A stretch of DNA of 32,669 nucleotides, from NCBI GenBank assembly GCA_035650735.1, contig DASRGZ010000111.1, positions 1 to 32,669 of the forward strand, written 5' to 3'. Positions 1-7,977 of this stretch are shown piece after piece. Position 1 is the stretch's first letter; each line of letters begins with the position of its first letter. The stretch is from Chthonomonadaceae bacterium (GTDB taxonomy: Bacteria; Armatimonadota; Chthonomonadetes; Chthonomonadales; Chthonomonadaceae). The notes beneath the pieces are model-generated. The model saw only the letters and a list, made by a program, of their open reading frames with translations, was not told where the DNA came from and did no database searches. The translations under genes were made by a program, and so were the position numbers.

Positions 1-176
1 CCGGTGCCGGTTTCGCCGTGAATGAGGACCGACGTGTCGGTCGGGGCGACGCGGCGGACGTTCTCCAGCACGGCCAGCAGGGCGGGGCTGCGGCCGACGA
101 TCTCCTCGAAGTTGTGCTCGGCCTTGATCTCCTCGAGCAGGTACAGGTTCTGCTGCTGCAAGCGGGCGCGCTCCCG
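1..176 (-). pseudogene. Fragment of a sigma-54-dependent enhancer-binding protein (FhlA/NifA-like AAA+), running off the window edge, with no start of its own
   Basis: The minus-strand translation [59 protein letters not shown] is the typical linker plus Walker A (GETGTG) of sigma-54 activators. It is not in the ORF track. Confidence 0.9.
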
Positions 177-1646
177 CCGGACCGGAAGCCGCCACGGGAG
201 GCGCAGAATCGCCTGTATCACAACAACGGGGATGGCACGTTTACCGATGTGACCATCGGTTCGGGACTGGAAGATACCGGCTATAGCCAGGGCGTAGCCG
301 TCGGGGACTACGATGGCGATGGCTACGACGACGTCTTTATTACGGCCTATGGCGGCAACCACCTCTTTCACAATGAGCACGGCAGCGGCAAGTTCAAGGA
401 TGTGACGGCGAGGGCCGGGCTGGCCGATACGGCCAAAGGCCCGCGCTGGTGTACGAGCGCCGCCTTCGGCGACTATAACAACGATGGCAAGCTCGATCTC
501 TACGTCTGCCGCTACGCCATCTGGTCCTTTGCGACCGACAAGCCCTGCAAGAATCCACGCGGACAGTCCTCCTACTGTTCGCCCGAACTCTATGCGCCGG
601 AGGTTCACGCCCTCTATCGCAACAACGGCGACGGCACGTTCACCGATGTCAGCAAAGAGGCCGGCATCACCAAAGTAAGGGGACACGGCCTGGGCGTGGC
701 CTGGCTCGACTACGATGGCGACGGGTGGGAGGACATCTTTGTCGCCAATGATCTCAGCCCCTACATGCTCTGGCACAACAACGGCGACGGCACCTTTACC
801 AACGTGGCTCCCAACGCCGGTGTCGCCTACAGCGAGATGGGGTCGCTGCTGTCGGGCATGGGCGTGGGCGTGCGCGATTTCAACGGCGACGGCCGAGAAG
901 ACATTTTTGTGACCAACTTCTCCGGGCAGATGAACGCGCTCTACCGCAGCGAGAAGTCCGGCCTCTTTACGAACGTGACCACGCTCTCCGGCGTGGGACC
1001 GATCAGCATGAAGCGCCTGGCCTTCGGCTGCGAGTTCATTGACTACGATAGGGACGGATGGCCCGATCTGGTGATCGGCAACGGCCATGTCAACGACGAC
1101 GTGGAAGCCTACTCGCAGGGAGATACCTACCAGCAGCCGAAATCGCTGCTACATAACAATGGCGACGGCACCTTCACCGATGTCCAGGAGAGCCTGGGCG
1201 ATCTGGCCAGGCCGCGCGTGACGCGGGGACTGGCCGTCGCCGACTATGACCTGGACGGCAATTTGGATATCCTGGCTAATAATCAGGATGGCCCGCCGGA
1301 ACTGCTCCATTATACCGGGCCGCAGCGGGGGCACTGGTTTGCGCTGGATACGCGGGGCACCAGGAGCAATCCCGACGGCTATCATGCGCGCGTCACCGTG
1401 CGCGTCGGCAAGCGCACGCTGTTCGCCGAAGTGCGTTCCGGATCCAGTTTCGGCTCCCATAGCCACTCCCGCCTCTATTTCGGGCTGGGGGGCGCGATGC
1501 GGATAGATGAAGTCAAAATCGTCTGGCACGGCAGCCACACGGTTACGGTAGCCAGAAACGTGCCCGCCGACCGCGGCTACCGTGTGGTGGAGGGGCAGGG
1601 TCTCCGGCTCGCCATTGCCGCCCGGCGTAAAGCAGGTATGCCATGA
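150..1646 (+). CDS. CRTAC1/ASPIC-UnbV family FG-GAP repeat protein, 5'-truncated at a junction near 150-176
   Basis: Repeated DYDGDG..D and LY.NNGDGTFTDV motifs plus a C-terminal UnbV-like domain (EVRSGSSFGSHS.SRLYFGLG). The first ~44 codons of ORF 18..1646 are antisense of the sigma-54 activator fragment. Confidence 0.9.
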   Translation: MLLQAGALPPDRKPPREAQNRLYHNNGDGTFTDVTIGSGLEDTGYSQGVAVGDYDGDGYDDVFITAYGGNHLFHNEHGSGKFKDVTARAGLADTAKGPRWCTSAAFGDYNNDGKLDLYVCRYAIWSFATDKPCKNPRGQSSYCSPELYAPEVHALYRNNGDGTFTDVSKEAGITKVRGHGLGVAWLDYDGDGWEDIFVANDLSPYMLWHNNGDGTFTNVAPNAGVAYSEMGSLLSGMGVGVRDFNGDGREDIFVTNFSGQMNALYRSEKSGLFTNVTTLSGVGPISMKRLAFGCEFIDYDRDGWPDLVIGNGHVNDDVEAYSQGDTYQQPKSLLHNNGDGTFTDVQESLGDLARPRVTRGLAVADYDLDGNLDILANNQDGPPELLHYTGPQRGHWFALDTRGTRSNPDGYHARVTVRVGKRTLFAEVRSGSSFGSHSHSRLYFGLGGAMRIDEVKIVWHGSHTVTVARNVPADRGYRVVEGQGLRLAIAARRKAGMP

Positions 1647-2848
1647 AGCCAGGGAAAGTTATTCTAATTCTAAAAGTTATTCTAATTCTAATAGGAATAG
1701 GCGTCGCCGTGAGCGGTTCGGCCTGGTGGTGGCGCGCTGCGCGGAAGTGGCCGGAAGTTACGCCGGCGATTGCCTATACGCAACAGGGAAAGCGGCTGGC
1801 GACGGAGGGAAATATCACCGAAGCGGTCGTCGCATTCAATCGCGGCATCGCCCTTGAGCCGACAAACCCACAGCCTTATATCGGCCTGGCCGTCCTGTAT
1901 GAGTCGGTGAATCGTCCCGACCTGGCTATCGAGACGCTGGAGCAGTTGCGGGCGGCCAACCCACAGGCGAAGGGCCTGAGCTGCCGTCTCGCAGAGGCGT
2001 ATCTTGGGGCTGAAGACCTTCCGCAGGCCAGAGATTGGGGGCAGAAGGCGGTCGCCGAGGGCGCCGACCCGGCGCGCGCGCACTCGGTCTATGGGATCAC
2101 GATGCTGCGGTTTCGCTATTGGGATACGGCGATCCAGCATCTGCAGCAGGCGTGGAAACTGGCCCCAGACGATTTGGATATCCCCCTGACGCTCATGGAG
2201 GCTTATCTACAGCAGGGCGATTATGCGCGTGTCATTCAGGTCGGAGAGCAGCTGCTTCCTAGAGTCGGCGATTCGCCGCGCCTGCACTATAAGCTGGGCT
2301 GGGCCTATTGCCGCCAGCCCCAGCGCGGCGATACGACCGAGCGTGCGATTACCCATCTCAAGAAGGCAAGCGAGCTGGCTCCGCAGTGGTTCGAGCCGTA
2401 TGCAGAGTTAGGGCGTCTCTACAGGAGTTTGGGGAATAATGCCGCGGCTCTGGATTGCTTTCAGCGCGCCTGGGAGCTCGATCCCACGGCGGCGGGCGTG
2501 GCAAGCAATCTGGCAGCGCTACTGCGCCAGCGTGGGGATAAGCGCAGCGCACAGGTGGAAGCTGCGTTTCAGCGCCTCCTGCGGGCAAGGGAACGCTTTA
2601 CAGCGCTGCGGCGAGGCTATAATAGCCCTGCTGGTCAGGAGGATAGGCGGAATGTGATTGCGCTGGCCGCTACGGAAGGGCGCTTCCGGCAGTACGGCAC
2701 GGCGCTGCACCGCCTGCAAAAATGGCTTTCTGAGGACCCTGCGGACCTGGATGCGCTTGCACTCTATGTCCGCCTGGATCAGGAAGCGCGCGCCCGGTAT
2801 CCTGACTACCTCCGTCCTGGGCCGGGCATCAGCACGCCTGGGCGGTAA
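1643..2848 (+). CDS. Tetratricopeptide-repeat protein with an N-terminal membrane anchor
   Basis: Hydrophobic N-terminus and several TPR-like helical repeats. The start overlaps the upstream stop (ATGA). TPR genes are common partners of CRTAC1 genes. Confidence 0.85.
   Translation: MKPGKVILILKVILILIGIGVAVSGSAWWWRAARKWPEVTPAIAYTQQGKRLATEGNITEAVVAFNRGIALEPTNPQPYIGLAVLYESVNRPDLAIETLEQLRAANPQAKGLSCRLAEAYLGAEDLPQARDWGQKAVAEGADPARAHSVYGITMLRFRYWDTAIQHLQQAWKLAPDDLDIPLTLMEAYLQQGDYARVIQVGEQLLPRVGDSPRLHYKLGWAYCRQPQRGDTTERAITHLKKASELAPQWFEPYAELGRLYRSLGNNAAALDCFQRAWELDPTAAGVASNLAALLRQRGDKRSAQVEAAFQRLLRARERFTALRRGYNSPAGQEDRRNVIALAATEGRFRQYGTALHRLQKWLSEDPADLDALALYVRLDQEARARYPDYLRPGPGISTPGR
1655..1690 (+). 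repeat. Perfect 18-bp tandem duplication (AAAGTTATTCTAATTCTA x2), in frame (KVILIL x2)
   Basis: Read directly: 1655-1672 equals 1673-1690. Confidence 0.95.
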
Positions 2849-2940
2849 GGAACCTTGATCCCTCCCACATTAGCCTATTTCCTGAGAGAAAAGCTAATCA
2901 TACCAGCCGATGGCTCTCGTTTCCGTGTCACGACCTCGGT

Positions 2941-2970
2941 TTGCCCAAAGGAATAAGCGTGTGTTAGAAT
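2941..2970 (+). promoter_or_regulatory. Putative sigma-70 promoter (TTGCCC-18-TAGAAT, extended -10 TG)
   Basis: Consensus-like hexamers 40 bp upstream of ATG 3011. Confidence 0.5.
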
Positions 2971-3010
2971 AAAAACAGGACGCAGTCGCGTGGGAAAGAA
3001 AGAGGAAACT

Positions 3011-3298
3011 ATGTTCTCCATCCGTGGAAGATTTCATAACGGCAGCGCGCAACCGCTTGAACCGGTTGAAGGACGGGAAGGACAGCCGGTGATTATCACC
3101 TTTCTGGAGGATAATCCATCGCAAACGGCAGTCGGTAGACACTCCCAGCCGTGTGGATCAATCTCACGCAGCCTGCTGCTGAGGAGATACGTCCACACCG
3201 TTGGGAGGGATTACCCGGCAGTCGATGAAGAAGCAGAATGGGCTTCGCTGCGGCAACTGCTTGAGGAGTGCAAGATAGATACCGAAGAGAAAAGCTAA
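3011..3298 (+). CDS. Small DUF104/AF2212-like (antitoxin-like) protein carrying an in-frame MITE
   Basis: The N-terminus MFSIRGRFHNG..QPLEPV...GQPVIITF resembles DUF104-type beta-hairpin proteins. GAGGA RBS before ATG 3011. Confidence 0.6.
   Translation: MFSIRGRFHNGSAQPLEPVEGREGQPVIITFLEDNPSQTAVGRHSQPCGSISRSLLLRRYVHTVGRDYPAVDEEAEWASLRQLLEECKIDTEEKS
3134..3215. mobile_element. 82-bp MITE with IS1-like terminal inverted repeats and an 8-bp target-site duplication CGGCAGTC
   Basis: Ends GGTA...TACC; 24 of 32 terminal bases match as inverted repeats; CGGCAGTC at 3126-3133 and 3216-3223. Confidence 0.85.
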
Positions 3299-3561
3299 TG
3301 GCAACGAGGAAAGCACCACAAAATCCTGAGGAACCGTTCCAGAAAGAGCAGGAGGCACTGCGCCGTCAGTGGGCGCGGCTGCTCAAGCAATACGAAGGAC
3401 AATACGTCGCGCTCTATCAGGGACAAGTTGTCGGGCACAGTGCCGATGATGAAGTGTTGGCGCAGGAATTGTTCGAGACCTTAGGCGACGTGCCCTTCTA
3501 TATCGCCAAAATTGAGAAGCAGCCCACCGTCTATAATCTCCCCTCCCCGTTCTCTGAGTAA
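3298..3561 (+). CDS. DUF5678-like small protein
   Basis: LLKQYEGQYVALYQGQVVGHS.D...L motif; TAATG coupling to the upstream gene. Confidence 0.75.
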   Translation: MATRKAPQNPEEPFQKEQEALRRQWARLLKQYEGQYVALYQGQVVGHSADDEVLAQELFETLGDVPFYIAKIEKQPTVYNLPSPFSE

Positions 3562-3592
3562 TCCCAATCAACTGAATGAGGATAAAGTAATT

Positions 3593-3972
3593 ATGTCGAG
3601 CAACGATACCGTTGTGCTCTATCGCCCTGTCGGGCAGAAAGAGTTGGAGCTAATCCAGGAGAGCGGTTATCGCGCCTTCCCGCCCCGGCTGTTCTGGCAG
3701 CCGTTCTTCTATCCGGTGCTCAACGAAGAGTACGCCACGCAGATCGCACGGGACTGGAACACAAAGGATAAAGCGTCCGGGTACGTTGGATATATGACCC
3801 GGTTCCGAGTAAAAACGGATTTTCTGAGCCGTTATTCGGTGCAGACGGTTGGCGGCGCGCAACATAAGGAGTACGGGATACCTGCCGCAGACCTGGAGGA
3901 GTTCAATCAGAACATTGTCGGGCGATCGAAATTATTGCCGAGTTCCGGCCAGACGAAGCAATCTCAGAATGA
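3593..3972 (+). pseudogene. Conserved small protein (family often annotated 'ADP-ribosylation/crystallin J1') with a 1-bp deletion frameshift near the 3' end
   Basis: LYRPVG.KEL...FPPRL..QP.FYPVLNEEYA.QIARDWN motif. The expected tail IEIIAEFR continues in another frame after 3922-3924 and stops at TGA 3970-3972. Confidence 0.7.
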
Positions 3973-4008
3973 AAGGCCCGCGCGTGGGCAGACATGGAGG
4001 CAAAATTC

Positions 4009-4017
4009 TGGTAAAAT
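4009..4017 (+). promoter_or_regulatory. Extended -10 element TGGTAAAAT upstream of the XPB-like helicase
   Basis: Matches TGnTAnnnT, 44 bp before ATG 4062; AAGGAGG RBS downstream. Confidence 0.5.
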
Positions 4018-4061
4018 AGAAGGATCGTTTTTCATGCCGCGTTTGTAAGGAGGCTTGACGC

Positions 4062-5843
4062 ATGGCGTATAACCCGCAGAACCCGCTCATTGTCCAGTCG
4101 GATCGCACGGTGATGTTGGAAGTGGACAATCCCCGCTACGAGGAGTGCCGCGATAAGCTGGCCGCTTTCTGCGAATTGATCAAGAGCCCAGAGCATATCC
4201 ATACCTATCGCTTGACCCCGCTCTCGCTGTGGAACGCGCGGGCGGCGGGCATGTCGGCGGAGGAGATGGTCGGCGTCCTGCATGAGTACAGCAAGTACGA
4301 CGTGCCCGGCAACATCCTGCACGACATCCGCGACTATGTGGGGCGGTACGGGCGGCTCAAGCTCTACAAGGCCGATGGACGCCTCCTGCTGCGCGCCGAC
4401 GACAACCTCCTGATGACCGAGATACGCCACACCAAATCCATCCAGAGGTTCCTCCTGGAGTCGGTGGACGCGCGCACGGTGGAGGTGCCGCTGCTGGAGC
4501 GTGGGCGAATCAAGCAGGCGCTGCTCAAGATCGGCTTTCCAGTCGAAGACCTGGCCGGCTACACCGACGGCGAATTCCTGGAGATGCGGCTGCGGGAGGT
4601 GGCTCGCAGCGGCAAGCCTTTCCTGCCCCGGCCCTACCAGGAGGAGGCCGCCTCCGCGTTCTGGGCGGGCGGCACGGCGGCGGGCGGCAGCGGCACGTTG
4701 GTGCTGCCTTGCGGCGCGGGCAAGACCATCATCGGCATGCAGGTGATGGCCAAGGCCCAGATGCAGACGCTCATCATCGTCACGGGCATCACGGCAGCGC
4801 ACCAGTGGCGCGAGGAGCTGCTGGACAAGACGACGCTGACCCCGGACATGATCGGCGAGTATAGCGGGGAGCGCAAAGAGATACGCCCGATCACGATTGC
4901 CACGTATCAAGTCCTGACGGCGCGGCGCGACTCGGCCAGGCGCGGCAAGAAGGGCCGTGCCGATCAGGCCAGCCTCGGCGTAGAGATGGACGAGTGGGCG
5001 GAAGCCGAGTTCAGCGCCGATACGCCGGAACTGGCGGAGGGCTACATCCATCTCGACCTGTTTAACCGACAGAACTGGGGCCTGATCATCTACGACGAGG
5101 TGCATCTGCTGCCCGCGCCGGTCTTCCGCATCACCGCCGAAATCCAGGCCAAGCGGCGCTTAGGGCTGACGGCGACGCTGGTGCGCGAGGATGGGCGCGA
5201 GGACGATGTGTTCTCGCTGATCGGGCCGAAGAAAGCGGATGTGCCGTGGAAGGTCCTGGAAAAGCAGGGCTGGATCGCCACCGCGCTCTGCACCGAAATC
5301 CGCATTCCCATGGAGGATAGCTGCCGCCTAGAGTATGCCATCGCCGATCCGCGCGAGAAGTTCCGGCTGGCCTCGGTCAACCCGCGTAAGGAGGAGGTCA
5401 TCGCGGCGCTGTTCGAGCGGCATTCCGAGGATAATGTGCTGGTGATCGGGCAGTACCTGGAGCAGTTGGAAAGCATTGTTCAGCGCTTTGAAGCTCCAGT
5501 CATCACCGGCAAGACGCCGCAGCGGGAGCGCGAGAAGATCTACGGGGCCTTTAAGAAGGGGGAGATCAAGCGGCTGATCGTCTCGAAGGTCGCCAACTTC
5601 TCCATTGACCTGCCGGATGCCAATGTCGCGATTCAGGTCAGCGGCACCTTTGGCTCGCGGCAGGAGGAGGCACAGCGGTTGGGGCGCATCCTGCGGCCTA
5701 AGTCGGACGGCAGCATGGCCCATTTCTATTCGCTGGTGACCCGCGAGACGCGCGATCAGGAGTTCGCCACGCACCGCCAGCTTTTCCTGACCGAGCAGGG
5801 CTACCGCTACGAGATCGTAGACGCTGAGAGCTTGTTGAGGTGA
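4062..5843 (+). CDS. XPB/Ssl2/Rad25-like superfamily 2 DNA helicase
   Basis: PLIVQSDRT.LEV and KSPEHIHTYR.TPLSLWNA N-terminal domain, Walker A VLPCGAGKT, DEVH, GLTAT, GSRQEEAQRLGRILR. Confidence 0.95.
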   Translation: MAYNPQNPLIVQSDRTVMLEVDNPRYEECRDKLAAFCELIKSPEHIHTYRLTPLSLWNARAAGMSAEEMVGVLHEYSKYDVPGNILHDIRDYVGRYGRLKLYKADGRLLLRADDNLLMTEIRHTKSIQRFLLESVDARTVEVPLLERGRIKQALLKIGFPVEDLAGYTDGEFLEMRLREVARSGKPFLPRPYQEEAASAFWAGGTAAGGSGTLVLPCGAGKTIIGMQVMAKAQMQTLIIVTGITAAHQWREELLDKTTLTPDMIGEYSGERKEIRPITIATYQVLTARRDSARRGKKGRADQASLGVEMDEWAEAEFSADTPELAEGYIHLDLFNRQNWGLIIYDEVHLLPAPVFRITAEIQAKRRLGLTATLVREDGREDDVFSLIGPKKADVPWKVLEKQGWIATALCTEIRIPMEDSCRLEYAIADPREKFRLASVNPRKEEVIAALFERHSEDNVLVIGQYLEQLESIVQRFEAPVITGKTPQREREKIYGAFKKGEIKRLIVSKVANFSIDLPDANVAIQVSGTFGSRQEEAQRLGRILRPKSDGSMAHFYSLVTRETRDQEFATHRQLFLTEQGYRYEIVDAESLLR

Positions 5844-5867
5844 AAATAGCCCTCACCCCCGCCCTAA

Positions 5868-5889
5868 AGCGGCAGGGTTTAGCCTGCCG
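5868..5889. repeat. REP-like 22-bp hairpin AGCGGCAGGGTTTAGCCTGCCG, copy 1 of 3
   Basis: Same sequence at 29931-29952 and with one change at 9341-9362; 7-bp stem CGGCAGG/CCTGCCG. Confidence 0.85.
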
Positions 5890-5910
5890 GGAGAAGGGAG
5901 CTTCTCTCTT

Positions 5911-7866
5911 TTATACCTCCTCAAAACCCGTAAATCCATCCCGTTGCAGGCGGGCCAGCATACGCGTTAGTTTGCGTTGCGTCTGCGGCAACCCGCGTTT
6001 TTCGGCCCAGCGCAAGAATTCCTGCAAGGGCGGTTCCATCTGCTCCTGTGTCCCGGTGAGACGGGGCAGTACCTTTTGCAGTAATTGCAGATCGAGCGCC
6101 GTTTGCAGGTTCGCCCGAATGTCTTCAGGCGTGCCCGGCACGAGCAGAGCTCTGCCGTCGCGATCAAAGCTGTTGGCGCAGTAGCGCAGGGCTTCATCGC
6201 GGATGCGATAGGCGAAGGGCCATCCATACGGCTGCAGAATGTCGTTGGCTTCGGCCAACGTTTCGACGACCTCCGCCGCCAGATCGCGCTTGCCGCCCGC
6301 TATTTGCTGCAATTTTGCGCGCGCCTCGGCGACCGTAGTGACCCGCGCGTACAGGAAGAGCGCCTGGCGTATCTCCGGCGGCGGGGCTTCTGTGGATGGG
6401 CGCTGCTCACGGAGCGCGGCAAAGCCTCCGCGCAGGTAAACTTCATTGAAATCGAGCATGTTCGCGCGGTCGAGCACCTTACGGGAGAGGGAGTAGGTTG
6501 CCTCGTCGGTGTTGAGCGTGCCGGTGAGGAAGAGATTAGCGGGCAGGCGCACGGCGCGTCCGTCGGGCAGCAGGAGCTCGCGGTTGGGCGTCTCCATCGC
6601 GGAGAGGACTTCGGCGAAATAGTGCTCCACGCGGGCCAGGTTCATCTCGTCCAGGCAGAGGAAATAGGCGCGGTGGGCGTTTTCCGGGCGTGCGGCGCGC
6701 TGGAGGAAGTCCAGGAACGGCGTGGAGACGAAGCGCCCGCGCCCGTCGCCGCCTTCCGCCAGCAGGTTGAGGTAGCCGAGCAACGGCGCGGAGTCGGCCC
6801 AGTCCGGGCGCACAGGCAGCAGACGGTACTGCGCCTCGGCAGCGCCGGTGAGCGCTTCGGCAAACAGCGAGCTCAGGCGCGTCTTGCCCGTTCCTGACAG
6901 GCCCGAAAGCAGCACAAACGGCTTGGTTTGCAGGCTGATATAGTAGTTGCGCACGGCTAGTTGCGGATAGGTGAAGCCCTGGGCCGCGATATAGCTCTCC
7001 AGGAAGGCCAGGACCTCCTCCTCGGAGACGCCGGCAAGGGAGGGCGGCGGTTCGGGAGCTACAAAGGGCAGGGGAGTGGGAAGCATATAGGGCGGCGTCT
7101 CTTCCCGCACGGCAGTTGCCGGGTCAAAATCGGGAGTGTGGCGCGGGTAGGCCAGCGGGATCGGGGCGCGCCGCCGCACGCGGGGAGGTTTTGCCGCCAG
7201 GCCCAACGTCAGCAACCGATGCACTTCAACGAAATCCGCCGCCTCCAGCGTCTCCCGCACGGCCTCATAGGCCACCATCTCCGCCAGCAGGCGCAGCACG
7301 GGGTCGCTATCAGGCACGCCGCCGCGCGCCTCGGCGCCGACCGGCTCTTCCGGCAAATCAAACCGCTCGCGCGCCTCTTTCAGCGCAGCGGCCTGCTGCT
7401 CCGGCGTCAGCTCCAGCGCGCGCAGCCCGGCCTGGGTGATCAGCGGCCACTCCGAGGGAAACGTCGCGCAGAGCAGCTGCATGGCGGTCTGGCCGCCCGC
7501 ATGACGTCGTTGCAGGAAGTGGCGCAGGCGCAGCGATAGCGGCCCCGCGCCAAACAGCAGATCGCGCAGGTCGCGGTTCAGCGCGCCGGGCTCGCCGGGC
7601 CGCCGTAACAGCCGCGCATCCAGGTTGGGGTTGGCAGCCAGGGCGCGCGCCAGGGCCAGCAGGCGCGCCATCTGCGCATAGGTCAGGTCGCCGCCATGCG
7701 CGAAATCGGCCTCTGCGAGCAGGCTGGCGAAAGCGCGCAGGATCTCGGCGTCCTCCTCGCGCTGGCGCAGACGCTCTAGGCGCTCTTCGTCCTCGCCCTC
7801 CTCCCAGGCGGCGCGGCAGGCCAGCAGGCGCTCTTTCTGCGCCTCCGTTAACGCAAACAGTTTCAC
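5911..7866 (-). CDS. McrB-like AAA+ NTPase with an uncharacterised N-terminal helical domain
   Basis: Walker A GLSGTGKT, VRPDW.DS..LLGY.N, Walker B LDEMNLARVEHYFA, GTLNTDEATYSLSRKVLDRAN and QKVLPRL motifs. GTG start at 7866 after a GAGGG RBS is more likely than the track start at 7959. Confidence 0.88.
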   Translation of the reverse strand: MKLFALTEAQKERLLACRAAWEEGEDEERLERLRQREEDAEILRAFASLLAEADFAHGGDLTYAQMARLLALARALAANPNLDARLLRRPGEPGALNRDLRDLLFGAGPLSLRLRHFLQRRHAGGQTAMQLLCATFPSEWPLITQAGLRALELTPEQQAAALKEARERFDLPEEPVGAEARGGVPDSDPVLRLLAEMVAYEAVRETLEAADFVEVHRLLTLGLAAKPPRVRRRAPIPLAYPRHTPDFDPATAVREETPPYMLPTPLPFVAPEPPPSLAGVSEEEVLAFLESYIAAQGFTYPQLAVRNYYISLQTKPFVLLSGLSGTGKTRLSSLFAEALTGAAEAQYRLLPVRPDWADSAPLLGYLNLLAEGGDGRGRFVSTPFLDFLQRAARPENAHRAYFLCLDEMNLARVEHYFAEVLSAMETPNRELLLPDGRAVRLPANLFLTGTLNTDEATYSLSRKVLDRANMLDFNEVYLRGGFAALREQRPSTEAPPPEIRQALFLYARVTTVAEARAKLQQIAGGKRDLAAEVVETLAEANDILQPYGWPFAYRIRDEALRYCANSFDRDGRALLVPGTPEDIRANLQTALDLQLLQKVLPRLTGTQEQMEPPLQEFLRWAEKRGLPQTQRKLTRMLARLQRDGFTGFEEV

Positions 7867-7911
7867 GGCTGGCAATCCCTCGGCTCCCAGGCCAAAAACG
7901 TAGACATTTTT

Positions 7912-7949
7912 ATGATACCACAGAAGATCTATGGATTCTATGTTATAAT
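7912..7949. promoter_or_regulatory. Back-to-back divergent extended -10 elements: TGGTATCAT (minus, 7920-7912) and TGTTATAAT (plus, 7941-7949)
   Basis: AT-rich intergenic region between the McrB-like gene and proA; the plus-strand element is a perfect TGnTATAAT. Confidence 0.65.
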
Positions 7950-7977
7950 CTACGCACAACGTGAAGTCCAGGGGAGC

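Noticed and set aside
18..149. N-terminus of the CRTAC1 protein as called by the ORF track
   Set aside because: It is the antisense reading of a sigma-54 activator fragment.
4062..7866. XPB helicase plus McrB-like protein as one defence operon
   Set aside because: The genes are convergent with separate promoters, and the helicase looks like the ordinary bacterial XPB type. Adjacency alone is insufficient.
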